The notes under the pieces were generated by a model, which was given only the letters and a program-made list of their open reading frames with translations, made no database searches and was not told where the DNA came from. Positions 39,562 to 50,198 of a stretch of 64,000 nt of DNA are shown here, one piece after another; position 1 is the first letter of the stretch, and the number at the start of each line of letters is the position of its first letter. A program made the position numbers and the translations under genes. This DNA is from an uncultured bacterium (lineage in GTDB: Bacteria > Krumholzibacteriota > Krumholzibacteriia > Krumholzibacteriales > Krumholzibacteriaceae), in the NCBI GenBank assembly GCA_963786935.1, contig CAWBAN010000001.1, positions 736,001-800,000 on the forward strand. Reading direction: 5' to 3'.

Positions 39562-40422
39562 ATGTTTGAGGGATCCCTTTCGATCATCATCCCCGCGTAC
39601 AACGAGGAGCAGGGGCTCGATCGGGCGCTCGGTCGTTTGATGCCGTTGGCGAGGGAGAAGCGATACGAGGTCATCGTCATCGACGACGGCTCGACGGACC
39701 GGACCGCGGCCGTGGCGGCGCGCCATGGAGCGACGGTCGTCGCTCATCGGGCCAACAAGGGATACGGCGCGGCGCTCAAGACGGGCATCAGGAGCGCTTC
39801 TCACGATATGATCCTCATGATGGATTCGGACGGCCAGCACGATCCCTCCCTCATCGACGCGTTGCTCCGGGACGCGGACCGGTTCGACATGGTCGTTGCG
39901 GCGCGGCGGAAGATGGTCGGGATTCGGGCGCCCGGCAAGAAGCTGCTGGCGATGGTGGCCAACTTTCTGAGCGGCGTCAAGATACCCGATCTCAACTCGG
40001 GTCTCCGTGTGTTCAGGAAGAGCGCGATCAAGAGCTTCCTGCACTTCTGCCCCGACGGATTCTCCTTCACGACGACGATCACGCTCGCCTACCTGCGCGA
40101 GGGGTACAGCATCTCGTGGGTTCCCATCGACGTCGAGAAGCGGATCGGCCGCGCGAGCACCGTGGCGTTCCTGCGCGACGGCTACGGGGCCTTCATGCTC
40201 ATCGTCCGCGTCATCGTCCTGTTCAATCCGCTGAAGGTGTTCATACCCGCGGCGCTCGTGCTGTTCACCCTCGGGCTCGCGTTCACGATCTACGGCATCG
40301 TCGCGTTCCACAAGGTGCCGAACACGGGCGTGCTGACGATTCTCTCGGGAATCCTGCTCTTTTTCATGGGCATCCTCGCGGATCAGATCTCCGCGATCAG
40401 GCGCGAACGGCGATTCGATTGA
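39562..40422 (+). CDS. GT2 glycosyltransferase with two C-terminal TMs
   Basis: IIPAYNEE, DDGSTDRT, NKGYGAALKTG, DSDGQH, DLNSG. Confidence 0.88.
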   Translation: MFEGSLSIIIPAYNEEQGLDRALGRLMPLAREKRYEVIVIDDGSTDRTAAVAARHGATVVAHRANKGYGAALKTGIRSASHDMILMMDSDGQHDPSLIDALLRDADRFDMVVAARRKMVGIRAPGKKLLAMVANFLSGVKIPDLNSGLRVFRKSAIKSFLHFCPDGFSFTTTITLAYLREGYSISWVPIDVEKRIGRASTVAFLRDGYGAFMLIVRVIVLFNPLKVFIPAALVLFTLGLAFTIYGIVAFHKVPNTGVLTILSGILLFFMGILADQISAIRRERRFD

Positions 40423-40439
40423 CCGCGCGCGGACACGGA

Positions 40440-41432
40440 ATGAATCTTCTCGGATCCAGATGGGCGCGAATTGTCTTTCAGGCGGCCGGCGTCGCCCTGT
40501 TCATCGTGATCCTCACGCGGGTCGATGTCGGGGAGATATGGACCGCGTACCGGCACATACGGCTTCCGAGCGCGCTGGCCGGAGTGGCGCTGCTCTTCAC
40601 CCTCACGCTGCTCAAGAGCCTCCGGTGGAGACGAATCGTCGCCGCGCAGGGATTGCCGGTGCCGGCGTGGACGGCGTTCAGGGCGTACGCGGCGTCACTC
40701 TATCTCGGCGTGGTGACGCCCGGGCATCTCGGGGATTTCGCGAAGAGCCTCTATCTCACCGCGCGGGGAATGACGGCGGGGAAGGCGATATTCAGCTCGC
40801 TCGCCGATCGGCTCTTCGACGTGGCGTTTCTCGCGGTGAGCGGGTACGTGAGCCTGCTGTTCTTTCCGGGCATCTTCGCGAACCAGCTTCTCATGAGCTC
40901 GCTGCTGCTCGCGCTCGTGGCGATCGTCGTGGCCGCGCTCTTTTTCCGGCGGGAGTTCCTCACCCGGTTCACGAGAAAGTTCCTCTCGGGGATGCCGAAC
41001 CGGGGCATCAGGACGAGCCTCGACCGGGCGGTGACGGAAAGCATCGAGGAGTTCGGCCTTCTGGGCGCGGGGACGACGGCCGTCGCGGCGCTTTTGACGC
41101 TGGCGGCATGGGCTGCGCACTACCTCTTCTTCATCATCTTCGCGGGCGCGCTCGGCCTCGGCGCCTCGATTCCCGTCCTGATCGTTTCGGTCTCGGCGGC
41201 CGTGTTCGTTTCGCTGATCCCCGTCTCGCTCTCGGGTCTCGGCACGAGGGATCTGGCGCTCATACTGATCTTTCACCGCGCCGGCCTCTCCCGCGAGGCG
41301 GCGGTGACGTTTTCGTTTTCCTTCATCATCGTCTATCTCATCCAGGGAATCACGGGGCTGCTGTGTTGGTTGAGCGTCCCGCTGCGCGCCGGTGCCGCGG
41401 CGGCGTCGACCGTTGACCGGGAGGCGTCATGA
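40440..41432 (+). CDS. UPF0104 / LPG-synthase-TM (AglD2-like) membrane protein, putative flippase
   Basis: RW, TPGHLGD, DRLFD, IPVSLSGLGTRD. Confidence 0.8.
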   Translation: MNLLGSRWARIVFQAAGVALFIVILTRVDVGEIWTAYRHIRLPSALAGVALLFTLTLLKSLRWRRIVAAQGLPVPAWTAFRAYAASLYLGVVTPGHLGDFAKSLYLTARGMTAGKAIFSSLADRLFDVAFLAVSGYVSLLFFPGIFANQLLMSSLLLALVAIVVAALFFRREFLTRFTRKFLSGMPNRGIRTSLDRAVTESIEEFGLLGAGTTAVAALLTLAAWAAHYLFFIIFAGALGLGASIPVLIVSVSAAVFVSLIPVSLSGLGTRDLALILIFHRAGLSREAAVTFSFSFIIVYLIQGITGLLCWLSVPLRAGAAAASTVDREAS

Positions 41433-41920
41433 CGGACATGCGCGAACGAGATACGAATTCCTTTGCGGGATTCTGGCGCGGGTTTCTCGGCCACTGCGCG
41501 TATTACGTGAGCTGGCCGCATACGCTCGCCACGGCGCTGCACAAGATCCGCGGCGTGCGGATCGAGCATCCGCACCGCGTGCGGATCGCGGCGAACGTGC
41601 TCATCGATTCGCTCTACCCGGAGCTCGTCGAGATCGAGGACGACGTGTTTCTCACGCGCGGCGTCGTGATCGTCGCCCATCTCACGCCGACCCCGTTCCT
41701 GCGGGCGCTCATCGGCGGGACGGAGTTCAAGAAGGTCCATATCGGACGGGGGGCCTACATCGGGGTCAACGCGATCATTCTTCCCGGCGTGAACGTCGGC
41801 GAGGGATGCATCGTCGGGGCCGGATCGGTCGTCACGAAGGACGTGCCGCCGTACACCGTCGCCGCAGGGAATCCGGCGCGCGTCCTGCGGAAGGTGACGG
41901 ACGTGAAAGGGAATCGGTGA
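41429..41920 (+). CDS. Hexapeptide-repeat O-acyltransferase
   Basis: [31 protein letters not shown]. Confidence 0.85.
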   Translation: MTDMRERDTNSFAGFWRGFLGHCAYYVSWPHTLATALHKIRGVRIEHPHRVRIAANVLIDSLYPELVEIEDDVFLTRGVVIVAHLTPTPFLRALIGGTEFKKVHIGRGAYIGVNAIILPGVNVGEGCIVGAGSVVTKDVPPYTVAAGNPARVLRKVTDVKGNR

Positions 41921-41921
41921 C

Positions 41922-42644
41922 ATGAGCCGCTACGCGAACCGCTTTTCGATGGACGCCGTGCGCCTGTTCTGGGACGGCGTCGCGGTGGAATACGGCGAGG
42001 AGAACGCGCGCGTCGAGCGGATCCACACGCAGCGGTTCCGCGAGGCGCTCAAGCGGCTGAGGCTCCGGCCGGGGATGAAGGTGCTCAACGTGTGGTCGCG
42101 GACGGGGAGCGCCGCTCCGTACCTGCGGAGCGCGCTCGCCGATATCGTGCTTGTGAACGCCGAGCTCTCGCGGGGCATGCTGCGGCAGGCGGCGCGGCTC
42201 CATCCGGGGGAAAGCTTCGTCCAGAGCTCGCTGCACGCGCTTCCGTTCGGCGGCGCTGCGTTCGACGCCGTTCTCTCGCTCGAAACGCTCGAGCACGTCC
42301 CGGATCCCTTCCTGTTTCTTTCCGAGATCCGCCGCGTGCTCGCGCCGGGAGGGGATCTCGTGATGAGCCTGCCGCCGAGCGCCGTCGAATGGACCGCGTT
42401 TCTCAACGATCGCCTCAAGTTCCATCACGGAGAGGGGCCGCACCGGTTCATCGCTCCCCGCGAGGTGAAACGGATGCTCCGCGAGGCCGGCTTCGAGCTC
42501 GTCGAACACCGGGGAACGCTTTTTCTGCCGCTCAAGGGGGCCTGTTTCGAATCGTTCGATTTGAAGCTGAGCGCGTTGTTCGCCGGCGGACCGCTCGCGC
42601 AGCTCGGCCTGAGGCAATTCTATGTCTGCAAAGTCGCCCGTTGA
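41922..42644 (+). CDS. Class I SAM-dependent methyltransferase (degenerate motif I)
   Basis: VLNVWSRTG, LPF...FDAVLSLETLEHVPDP, RRVLAPGG. Confidence 0.75.
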   Translation: MSRYANRFSMDAVRLFWDGVAVEYGEENARVERIHTQRFREALKRLRLRPGMKVLNVWSRTGSAAPYLRSALADIVLVNAELSRGMLRQAARLHPGESFVQSSLHALPFGGAAFDAVLSLETLEHVPDPFLFLSEIRRVLAPGGDLVMSLPPSAVEWTAFLNDRLKFHHGEGPHRFIAPREVKRMLREAGFELVEHRGTLFLPLKGACFESFDLKLSALFAGGPLAQLGLRQFYVCKVAR

Positions 42645-43929
42645 GCTTCTGATCGAAACGGTGGTGAACACCGGCCTCTGCACGAGGTGCGGAACGTGCG
42701 CGGGCGCGTGCCCCGTCGACAACATCTCCTTCGACGATCCGCTCGGCGCGTGTCTCCCGGCGGCGGGGGACGCGTGCACGTCCTGCGGGCTCTGTCTCGA
42801 GAGCTGTCCGGGCGCCGCGGTCGATTTCGCCCCGCTCGAGCGGACGCTGTTCGGCGGGGCCGAGCCGGATCCGCTGCTCGGCGTCGTGCGGAGCGCGTAT
42901 CTCGTCCACGCGACGGACGCGGGCGTGAGGAGGATGGGGTCGAGCGGGGGCGTGGTGACGGCGATGCTCCTCGATCTCGTCGGGCGGGGAGCGTCGAGCG
43001 GCGCCGTGCTCTTCGCGCCGCATCCCCGGGAGCCCTGGCGCGGGTGGGGGAGGATCGCTTCATCCCCCGAAGAGATCGCCGCCGCCGCGCAGAGCCGGTA
43101 TCATCTGAGCCCCCTCAACACGGCGCTGGCCGGGCTCCGCGGCGCCGCGGGAGCGCGGGCGTACGTCGGGCTCCCCTGCCAGATCCACGGATTGCGGAAG
43201 CTCCAGGCGGCCGGATGGAAGGGATCGGACGCGGCGATCTCGCCGGTCATCGGCATCTACTGCGGGAACAACCTCTACTACGCGGCGACCCGCGTGATGC
43301 TCCGCAAACTCGGCGTGAAGCGCCTCGCGGACGTGGCGCGGCTCTCGTACCGCGAGGGGGCGTGGCCGGGATCGTTCGCCGTCCGGACGGCGGACGGCAC
43401 GGAGCGCTCGATCCCGAAGCTCGATTTCAACCAGGTCATCCCCTTCTATATCAATCGGCGATGCCTCTTCTGCGTCGATCTGACGAATGAGCTCGCCGAC
43501 CTGTCCGTCGGCGACGGATGGGCGAAGGAAGGGAGCGGGGGAGAGGGATGGTCGATCGTGCTCGTCCGGACCGACGCGGGCGCGCTCGCGTTCGATCGCG
43601 CGCTGCGCGCGGGGGTCATCGCCGCGGAGCCGATCGACCGGGACGCCGCCGCGCGCATGCATTCGCACGCGTTCGATCTCAAAAAAACGGGGTCGTTCCT
43701 GCGGCTTCGCCTGTGGCGCCGCTGGGGCTGCGCCGTGCCGCGGTACGACCGCGCGGGTCCCCGCGCCGGTGCGGGGCGCCGGATGTTCGAGATCGCGCTG
43801 TCTCTGCAGTTCGCCGCCGCGTCCTCGCGCGCGGGCCGCTCGGTGTTCCGGATACTTCCCGCGCACGCCCTCGGACGTTTCTTCAGGCTCGTCAGAAAAC
43901 GATGGATGCGGTCCACGGCTCGCCGCTAA
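42622..43929 (+). CDS. FrhB/FdhB-family protein with N-terminal 2[4Fe-4S] ferredoxin domain
   Basis: CTRCGTCAGACP, CTSCGLCLESCP, SSGGVVT, VGLPCQI, GIYC, CLFC.D, ADLSVGDGW. Confidence 0.85.
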   Translation: MSAKSPVELLIETVVNTGLCTRCGTCAGACPVDNISFDDPLGACLPAAGDACTSCGLCLESCPGAAVDFAPLERTLFGGAEPDPLLGVVRSAYLVHATDAGVRRMGSSGGVVTAMLLDLVGRGASSGAVLFAPHPREPWRGWGRIASSPEEIAAAAQSRYHLSPLNTALAGLRGAAGARAYVGLPCQIHGLRKLQAAGWKGSDAAISPVIGIYCGNNLYYAATRVMLRKLGVKRLADVARLSYREGAWPGSFAVRTADGTERSIPKLDFNQVIPFYINRRCLFCVDLTNELADLSVGDGWAKEGSGGEGWSIVLVRTDAGALAFDRALRAGVIAAEPIDRDAAARMHSHAFDLKKTGSFLRLRLWRRWGCAVPRYDRAGPRAGAGRRMFEIALSLQFAAASSRAGRSVFRILPAHALGRFFRLVRKRWMRSTARR

Positions 43930-43933
43930 GGGA

Positions 43934-43962
43934 TTGACCCGCGCCCCCTCCTCCGATAGAGT
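43934..43962 (+). promoter_or_regulatory. Promoter immediately before cca (probably leaderless mRNA)
   Basis: TTGACC-17-TAGAGT, 8 nt before the ATG. Confidence 0.5.
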
Positions 43963-43970
43963 GAGAAGCC

Positions 43971-45344
43971 ATGAATCGACATGAAGCGATCGGGCTCGGC
44001 CGCGAGCGGCATGAGTGGGAGCGGCGCCTTCTCGAGGTATGCGATCTCTACCTCGTCGGGGGAAGCGTCCGGGAGATGCTTCGCGGCGAGCGCGCCGGAT
44101 CCGCCGACGAGGATTACCTCGCCGCGGGGATCGGCTACGACGATCTCGTATCGCGTCTCGAACGGTTCGGGACGGTGAACCTCGTCGGAAAGTCGTTCGG
44201 CGTCATCAAGTTCACGCCACCGTCGGCGCGAACGGTCGACGTCTCGCTGCCGCGCGCCGAATTCTCCACCGGCATCGCCCACCGCGATTTCAGCGTCAGG
44301 TTCGATCCGGAGCTGCCGGTCGAGAAGGATCTCGAGCGCCGCGATTTCACCGTCAATTCGATGGCGCTGCACCTCGGCACGGGCGCCCTCGTCGATCCGC
44401 TTGGCGGGAGGACGGATCTCGGGAACCGGATCCTCAGGGTCAACCGCCCGGATTCCTTTCTCGAGGATCCGTTGCGGATCCTGCGCGGCGTCCAGCTCAT
44501 GGCGCGGCTCGAATTCGAGGTGGAGGAGCAGACGCGCGCCGACATGCGCCGTAACGCCGGGCTTCTCGGGAGCGTGTCCGCCGAGCGGGTGCGCGACGAG
44601 CTGAACAAGCTCATCGAGCTCGCGCGGCTGCCGTCGCGGGGATTCGTGTTCATGCACGAGGAGGGAATTCTCGAGCGCGTGCTGCCGGAGCTCGAAGCGA
44701 CCTTCGGCGTGGATCAGAACGAATTCCATCCCGACGACGTCTTCATGCACAGCCTGAAGAGCTGCGATATCGCCCCGGCCGCGCTCCATCTGCGATGGAG
44801 CGCGCTTCTCCACGATATCGGGAAGAAGGAGATGAAACAGGTCGTGGACGGCCGGACGGTGTTCTACCGACACGAGGAGGCGAGCGCGCGGCAGGCCGAC
44901 GCCATTCTCGACCGGTTGCGGTTCCCGGGCGAGCTCCGCAGGCGGATCGTCGCGCTCATCGCGCACCACATGTTCAAATTCATGACCGACGAGTGGTCCG
45001 ACGCGGCGGTGCGCCGCTTCATCGTGCGCGCGGGGCGCGAGAATCTCGACGACCTCCTCGCGCTCCGGGCGGCGGACGGGCTGTCCCGCGGGGACGGCGC
45101 GGTGATCGAGGAGAACGCCGCGATGCGCGAGCGTTTCGATCGCGTGATAGCGGCGGACGCGGCGTTCAAGATCACGGACCTCGCGGTCGACGGCGCCGAC
45201 ATCATGCGGACGCTCGGCGTCGCGGAAGGGCCCGAGGTGGGGATGATACTGGGGAAGCTCTTCGACGCCGTTCTGGAGAATCCCGCGGAGAACACGCGCG
45301 AGCGGCTGCTCTCCCTCGCCGCGAAGCTGCGGGAAAAGAAATGA
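43971..45344 (+). CDS. cca: tRNA nucleotidyltransferase (CCA-adding class II) with HD domain
   Basis: LVGGSVRE, DEDY, DLERRDFTVNSMA, EDPLRILR, LLHDIGK. Confidence 0.85.
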   Translation: MNRHEAIGLGRERHEWERRLLEVCDLYLVGGSVREMLRGERAGSADEDYLAAGIGYDDLVSRLERFGTVNLVGKSFGVIKFTPPSARTVDVSLPRAEFSTGIAHRDFSVRFDPELPVEKDLERRDFTVNSMALHLGTGALVDPLGGRTDLGNRILRVNRPDSFLEDPLRILRGVQLMARLEFEVEEQTRADMRRNAGLLGSVSAERVRDELNKLIELARLPSRGFVFMHEEGILERVLPELEATFGVDQNEFHPDDVFMHSLKSCDIAPAALHLRWSALLHDIGKKEMKQVVDGRTVFYRHEEASARQADAILDRLRFPGELRRRIVALIAHHMFKFMTDEWSDAAVRRFIVRAGRENLDDLLALRAADGLSRGDGAVIEENAAMRERFDRVIAADAAFKITDLAVDGADIMRTLGVAEGPEVGMILGKLFDAVLENPAENTRERLLSLAAKLREKK

Positions 45345-45540
45345 GAGTCTCCGCAATCGGTGTCAGGGGTGCATCCGGAAGTGGGTTCGAGGAATGAGGG
45401 CCTCGGATTCCGTGATGCTAAATAACCTGAAAACGGACAAAGAGTTAATTGCGGAAACTCTCGACGGCAATATAGGTGATACACCCTATCGTGTCAATCC
45501 AAAAGCGGAGCCGGCGGAAAATAATAGCGAGCGCCGGGGC

Positions 45541-45569
45541 TTGAGTTACGCAGGTGAAACCGGTATAAT
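45541..45569 (+). promoter_or_regulatory. Sigma70 promoter
   Basis: TTGAGT-17-TATAAT. Confidence 0.65.
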
Positions 45570-45603
45570 GAAATGCGGGCGCGGAAAGGAGCCTTCGACC
45601 CGG

Positions 45604-45921
45604 ATGAATCGACTCGAGAAGCTGATTGCGGAGATCAAGAAACAGCTCTTGCCCTATCATCACGAGCACGATATCGAGCGTGGATGCGAGCGATGGGAGG
45701 TGCGGGAAGGCGACTGCCTCACGTCGTGGGTGGCCGGTCAGCTCGCCGTGTGCGGCAAGAAAAACAAATGCTCCGATAAAAAGCTATGCGCCTTTTACAG
45801 CTTCAGCGATCTCGCCCGAAAGAACTACCAGATATGCCGCGAGGTCACGCTCATGCTCGAGAGCGGGGAAGCGCGGTGCAATTTCGCCGAAAACGGCGAC
45901 AAAGACGATACTGCCAAGTAA
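45604..45921 (+). CDS. Hypothetical small Cys-rich protein (105 aa)
   Basis: ORF downstream of the promoter and AAGGAG; 7 Cys and an HHEH motif; no family recognised. Confidence 0.55.
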   Translation: MNRLEKLIAEIKKQLLPYHHEHDIERGCERWEVREGDCLTSWVAGQLAVCGKKNKCSDKKLCAFYSFSDLARKNYQICREVTLMLESGEARCNFAENGDKDDTAK

Positions 45922-46104
45922 TGCCTAAATGGCAGCATTGGCAGGCAAGCGCTTGATTCTCCGAACCAGCCTTTTTCGGCTCCGCTCAATTTGCTTCGTA
46001 TCTTCTTATTATGCAATATATTAAAATGATTGACTCGGCCGGCATCATGGTACGATATTTGTAATGCCTATATCAAATGACAGTTAAACCAAGGAGTGAT
46101 TGAT

Positions 46105-48030
46105 ATGTCCAAAACAATCGGTATCGATCTGGGAACAACCAACTCGTGCGTCGCCGTCATCGAAGGCGGCGAGCCCGTTATCATCCCGAATCCCGAGGGG
46201 GGGCGAACGACGCCTTCCGTCGTGGGATTCAAGGACGGGCAGCGGCTCGTCGGTGTGCTGGCGAAACGGCAGGCGATCACGAATCCGAAGAATACGGTCT
46301 ATTCGATCAAGAGATTCATGGGGCGCAAATACGCGGAGGTTCAGAACGAGATCTCCGAGGTGCCCTACGAGGTGATGCAGGGGCCGAACGGGGACGCCCG
46401 CGTGCGGCTGGACGGCAAGGAATACACGCCTCCCGAGATATCGGCGTTCATCCTCCAGTATCTGAAGGAAGCGGCCGAGAAATATCTCGGGGAGAAGGTG
46501 ACGCGCGCCGTCATCACCGTGCCGGCGTATTTCAACGACAGCCAGCGTCAGGCGACGAAGGACGCCGGCCGGATCGCGGGGCTCGAGGTCGAGCGGATCA
46601 TCAACGAGCCGACCGCGGCCTCTCTCGCGTACGGGGTTGAAAAGAAGGGGGAGAAGACGATCGCGGTCTTCGATCTCGGCGGCGGAACGTTCGATATCTC
46701 CATCCTCGAGCTCGGCGACAGCGTGTTCGAGGTCAAGGCGACGAACGGCGACACGCACCTCGGCGGCGACGATTTCGACCAGCGCGTGATGGACCACTTC
46801 GTCGGCGAGTTCAAGAAAGAGCAGGGGATCGACCTGTCGAACGATCCGATGGCGATGCAGCGGCTCCGCGAGGCGGCGGAGAAGGCGAAGTGCGAGCTCT
46901 CCACGGTCCCGCAGGCCGAGGTGAGCCTCCCGTTCATCACGGCGGACGCGAGCGGTCCGAAGCACTTCTCGATGAAGCTCACCCGCGCGAAGCTCGAGGC
47001 GCTGTGCGCGGATCTGATCGAGCGGACCGTCGCCCCGTGCAAGGCCTGCCTCAGGGACGCGGGGTTCACGCCCGCCGATCTCGACGAGGTTATTCTCGTC
47101 GGCGGAGCGACGAGGATGCCCGCCGTGCAGGCGAAGGTGAAGGAGCTCTTCGTCAAGGAGCCGCACCGGGGCGTGAATCCGGACGAGGTCGTCGCGCTCG
47201 GCGCGGCGATTCAGGGCGGGGTGCTCGCCGGCGACGTGCATGACGTGCTGCTGCTCGACGTGACGCCGCTGTCGCTCGGGATCGAGACGCTCGGGGGCGT
47301 GATGACGAAGCTCATCAACCGCAACACGACGATCCCGACGCGGAAGAGCGAGATATTCTCGACGGCCGCGGACAGCCAGACGACGGTCGAGATTCACGTG
47401 CTCCAGGGGGAGCGCGAGATGGCCGCGAACAACAAGTCGATCGGGCGCTTCCAGCTCGCGGGGCTGCCCCCGGCGCCGCGCGGCATTCCGCAGATCGAGG
47501 TGACCTTCGACATCGACGCGAACGGGATCCTCAACGTCTCGGCGAAGGACAAGGCGACCCTGAAGGAGCAGAAGATCATCATCCAGCCGTCGAGCGGGCT
47601 GACCGAGAAGGAGATCCAGCAGATGGTGAGCGACGCGGAGGGCCATGTCTCCGAAGACCGGGCGAAGCGCGAGATCATCGATCTGCGAAACCAGGGGGAC
47701 AATCTCGCCTATCAGACGGAAAAACAGCTCGTCGAGTTCAAGGACAAGATGTCGTCCGACGACGAGACGGAGCTGCGCCGCTCGCTCGAGGAACTGAAGG
47801 AAGCGCTGAAGCAGGACGATAAGGAGCGCATCAAGGGCGCGATCGACAAGCACAACGCCGTGTGGCAGCGCGTGGCCCAGAAGATGTACCAGAGCGCGTC
47901 GCAGCCGGGCGCCGGGACGGCGGCGGAGGAGCCGCGCGCGCAGGAACCCCCGCCTCACGGCGGGGGGAACGGCGGGGCCGTCGACGCGGAATACGAAGTC
48001 CTCGACGACGACGGCAAGAAGAAGAATTGA
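46105..48030 (+). CDS. dnaK: Chaperone DnaK (Hsp70)
   Basis: [48 protein letters not shown] tail; extended -10 TGgTACGAT at 46048. Confidence 0.98.
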   Translation: MSKTIGIDLGTTNSCVAVIEGGEPVIIPNPEGGRTTPSVVGFKDGQRLVGVLAKRQAITNPKNTVYSIKRFMGRKYAEVQNEISEVPYEVMQGPNGDARVRLDGKEYTPPEISAFILQYLKEAAEKYLGEKVTRAVITVPAYFNDSQRQATKDAGRIAGLEVERIINEPTAASLAYGVEKKGEKTIAVFDLGGGTFDISILELGDSVFEVKATNGDTHLGGDDFDQRVMDHFVGEFKKEQGIDLSNDPMAMQRLREAAEKAKCELSTVPQAEVSLPFITADASGPKHFSMKLTRAKLEALCADLIERTVAPCKACLRDAGFTPADLDEVILVGGATRMPAVQAKVKELFVKEPHRGVNPDEVVALGAAIQGGVLAGDVHDVLLLDVTPLSLGIETLGGVMTKLINRNTTIPTRKSEIFSTAADSQTTVEIHVLQGEREMAANNKSIGRFQLAGLPPAPRGIPQIEVTFDIDANGILNVSAKDKATLKEQKIIIQPSSGLTEKEIQQMVSDAEGHVSEDRAKREIIDLRNQGDNLAYQTEKQLVEFKDKMSSDDETELRRSLEELKEALKQDDKERIKGAIDKHNAVWQRVAQKMYQSASQPGAGTAAEEPRAQEPPPHGGGNGGAVDAEYEVLDDDGKKKN

Positions 48031-48061
48031 TCCGCGAGCGGCGCGGCGAATGAAACGCGAA

Positions 48062-48097
48062 GCCCCGGGGCGCCGGACGCCCCGGGGCCAGATTTTC
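48062..48097 (+). terminator. GC-rich hairpin after dnaK, probable terminator
   Basis: GCCCCGGGGCG-CCGGA-CGCCCCGGGGC followed by CAGATTTT. Confidence 0.6.
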
Positions 48098-48149
48098 GTT
48101 GCCCGCGGGGCGTTCGTGTTATAAACTACGGTGGTTCGCACGAGCTGAT

Positions 48150-48226
48150 GGGCGATTAGCTCAGATGGTTAGAGTACCTGCTTGACATGCAGGGGGTCAC
48201 TGGTTCAATTCCAGTATCGCCCACCA
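48150..48226 (+). tRNA. tRNA-Val (GAC)
   Basis: GGGCGAT...ATCGCCC acceptor stem, loop TTGACAT, CCA; promoter TTGCCC-17-TAAACT upstream. Confidence 0.95.
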
Positions 48227-48251
48227 TTTTTTATATCGAGGTTTCAATCCG

Positions 48252-50180
48252 ATGACAGAGCTTATCATGAAAGACGGTTCGCGCCGGCCGGTGGCCGCGG
48301 GAAGTTCCCTCGGCGATGTCCTGAAGGATCTCCCCGAGGGGGTGCGTCGCAACGCCGTCGCGTTCAGGGCGGGCACTCGCCTCCTCGATCTGCGGACGAG
48401 CGTTCCCGACGGCGCCGAGATCAGCGTGGTGACGATGCAGGATCCCGAATCGCTCGAGGTGCTCCGGCACAGCGTTTCGCATCTGATGGCGCTCGCCGTG
48501 CAGGAGCTGTACCCCGGCGTGCGGTTCGGCATCGGCCCGGCCATCGAAGAGGGCTTCTACTACGATTTCCTGATGGACTCCTCCCTGAATCCCGAGGATC
48601 TCGAGCGTATCGAGGCGCGGATGCGGGAGCTTCTCGGGGCCGGCAATTCGGCGTTGACCCGCGAGGAGCTCGCGAGCGCCGACGCGGTCGCCCTGTTCGA
48701 ACGGCTCGGCCAGCCCTTCAAGGTGGAGCTGATCAAGGATCTCCACACCGAGACGGTTTCGATCTACCGGCTCGGCGCGTTCACCGATCTCTGCGCCGGC
48801 CCCCACGTTCCCGATCTCAAGATGGCCAAGGCGTTCAAGCTCACCTCGATCGCCGGCGCGTACTGGCGCGGGGACGAGCGGAATCCGATGATGCAGCGGA
48901 TCTACGGCACCGCGTTCTTCAAGAAGGACGACCTCGAGCAGGAGCTCGTCCGGCGCGAAGAGGCGAAGCGGCGGGACCATCGCAAGCTCGGTCCCCAGCT
49001 CGAGCTGTTCGATATCAAGGACGAGGCGGGGGGCGGGCTCGCGTTCTGGTATCCGAAAGGGTATATCCTCCGCGAGACCATCGAAAACTACTGGAAGGAA
49101 GAGCACCGGAAGAACGGGTATCAGCTCATCATGACCCCGCACATCGCGAAGAGCTCGCTCTGGCGCACCTCGGGGCACCTCGACTACTATCGCGAAAACA
49201 TGTTCATCATTCCGTCCGAGGACCAGGAGTTCGTGCTCAAGCCGATGAACTGCCCCGGGCACATTCTCGTTTACAAGACGAAGCTCCACAGCTATCGCGA
49301 TCTCCCGGTGCGCTACGCGGAGCTCGGCACCGTCTACCGGAACGAGCGATCCGGCACCCTGCACGGGCTGCTCCGCGTCCGGGGATTCACCCAGGACGAC
49401 GCCCACATCTTCTGCACTCCCGAGCAGCTCATCGAGGAGGTTGACCGGTGCTTCGATTTCGCGCACCGGCTCCTCGCCACGTTCGGATTCGATAAGTACC
49501 GGGTCGAACTGAGCGTGCACGATCCCGCGAACATGGGAAAGTACGCCGGCACCGAAGAGGAGTGGGAGCGGGCCGAAGCGTCGCTGCTGGCCGCCGTCGA
49601 GAAACGCGGGATTCCCTACCACCGGATGGTCGGGGAGGCGGTATTCTACGGCCCGAAGATCGATCTCAAGCTCATCGACGCGATCGGCCGGGGCTGGCAG
49701 GCGACGACGATCCAGTTCGATTTCAATCTGCCGCGGCGCTTCGACGTGCAGTATGTGAACGCGGAAGGGCAGCGCGCCTACGTTTACATGATACACCGCG
49801 CGCTCCTCGGCTCTCTCGAGCGCTTCATCGGCACGCTCACCGAGCATTACGCGGGGGAATTTCCCCTGTGGCTCGCGCCCGTTCAGGTGCGCGTATTCCC
49901 GATCGGCCCCGGCCAGCACGATTTCGTGCGCGAAGCGGTGAAACGGCTCGTGGACGCGGGCATCCGGGCCGAGGGGGACCTGCGCGAGGAGAAAATCGGC
50001 TACCGGATCCGGGAGGCCGAGCTCCTCAAGATCCCCTACATGGCCGTGGCCGGGGAACGCGAGGTGGCCGAGGGAACCCTCGATCTGAGGTCCAAGAAGA
50101 AGGGGCGAATCGGGGCGAAAAAAATCGATGATTTCATCGCCGAAGTGGTTGACGAGATCAATCGGAAAACGTATCTTTAG
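48252..50180 (+). CDS. thrS: Threonyl-tRNA synthetase
   Basis: LRHSVSHL, DLCAGPH, RDHRKLG, KPMNCPGH, GLLRVRGFTQDDAH, IHRALLGSLERF. Confidence 0.98.
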   Translation: MTELIMKDGSRRPVAAGSSLGDVLKDLPEGVRRNAVAFRAGTRLLDLRTSVPDGAEISVVTMQDPESLEVLRHSVSHLMALAVQELYPGVRFGIGPAIEEGFYYDFLMDSSLNPEDLERIEARMRELLGAGNSALTREELASADAVALFERLGQPFKVELIKDLHTETVSIYRLGAFTDLCAGPHVPDLKMAKAFKLTSIAGAYWRGDERNPMMQRIYGTAFFKKDDLEQELVRREEAKRRDHRKLGPQLELFDIKDEAGGGLAFWYPKGYILRETIENYWKEEHRKNGYQLIMTPHIAKSSLWRTSGHLDYYRENMFIIPSEDQEFVLKPMNCPGHILVYKTKLHSYRDLPVRYAELGTVYRNERSGTLHGLLRVRGFTQDDAHIFCTPEQLIEEVDRCFDFAHRLLATFGFDKYRVELSVHDPANMGKYAGTEEEWERAEASLLAAVEKRGIPYHRMVGEAVFYGPKIDLKLIDAIGRGWQATTIQFDFNLPRRFDVQYVNAEGQRAYVYMIHRALLGSLERFIGTLTEHYAGEFPLWLAPVQVRVFPIGPGQHDFVREAVKRLVDAGIRAEGDLREEKIGYRIREAELLKIPYMAVAGEREVAEGTLDLRSKKKGRIGAKKIDDFIAEVVDEINRKTYL

Positions 50181-50198
50181 GATCGACAATCGATTTGA

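Noticed and set aside
45394..45603. Longer 175-aa version of the orphan ORF
   Set aside because: The 5' extension spans a TTGAGT-17-TATAAT promoter and AT-rich DNA, so the start at 45604 is preferred.
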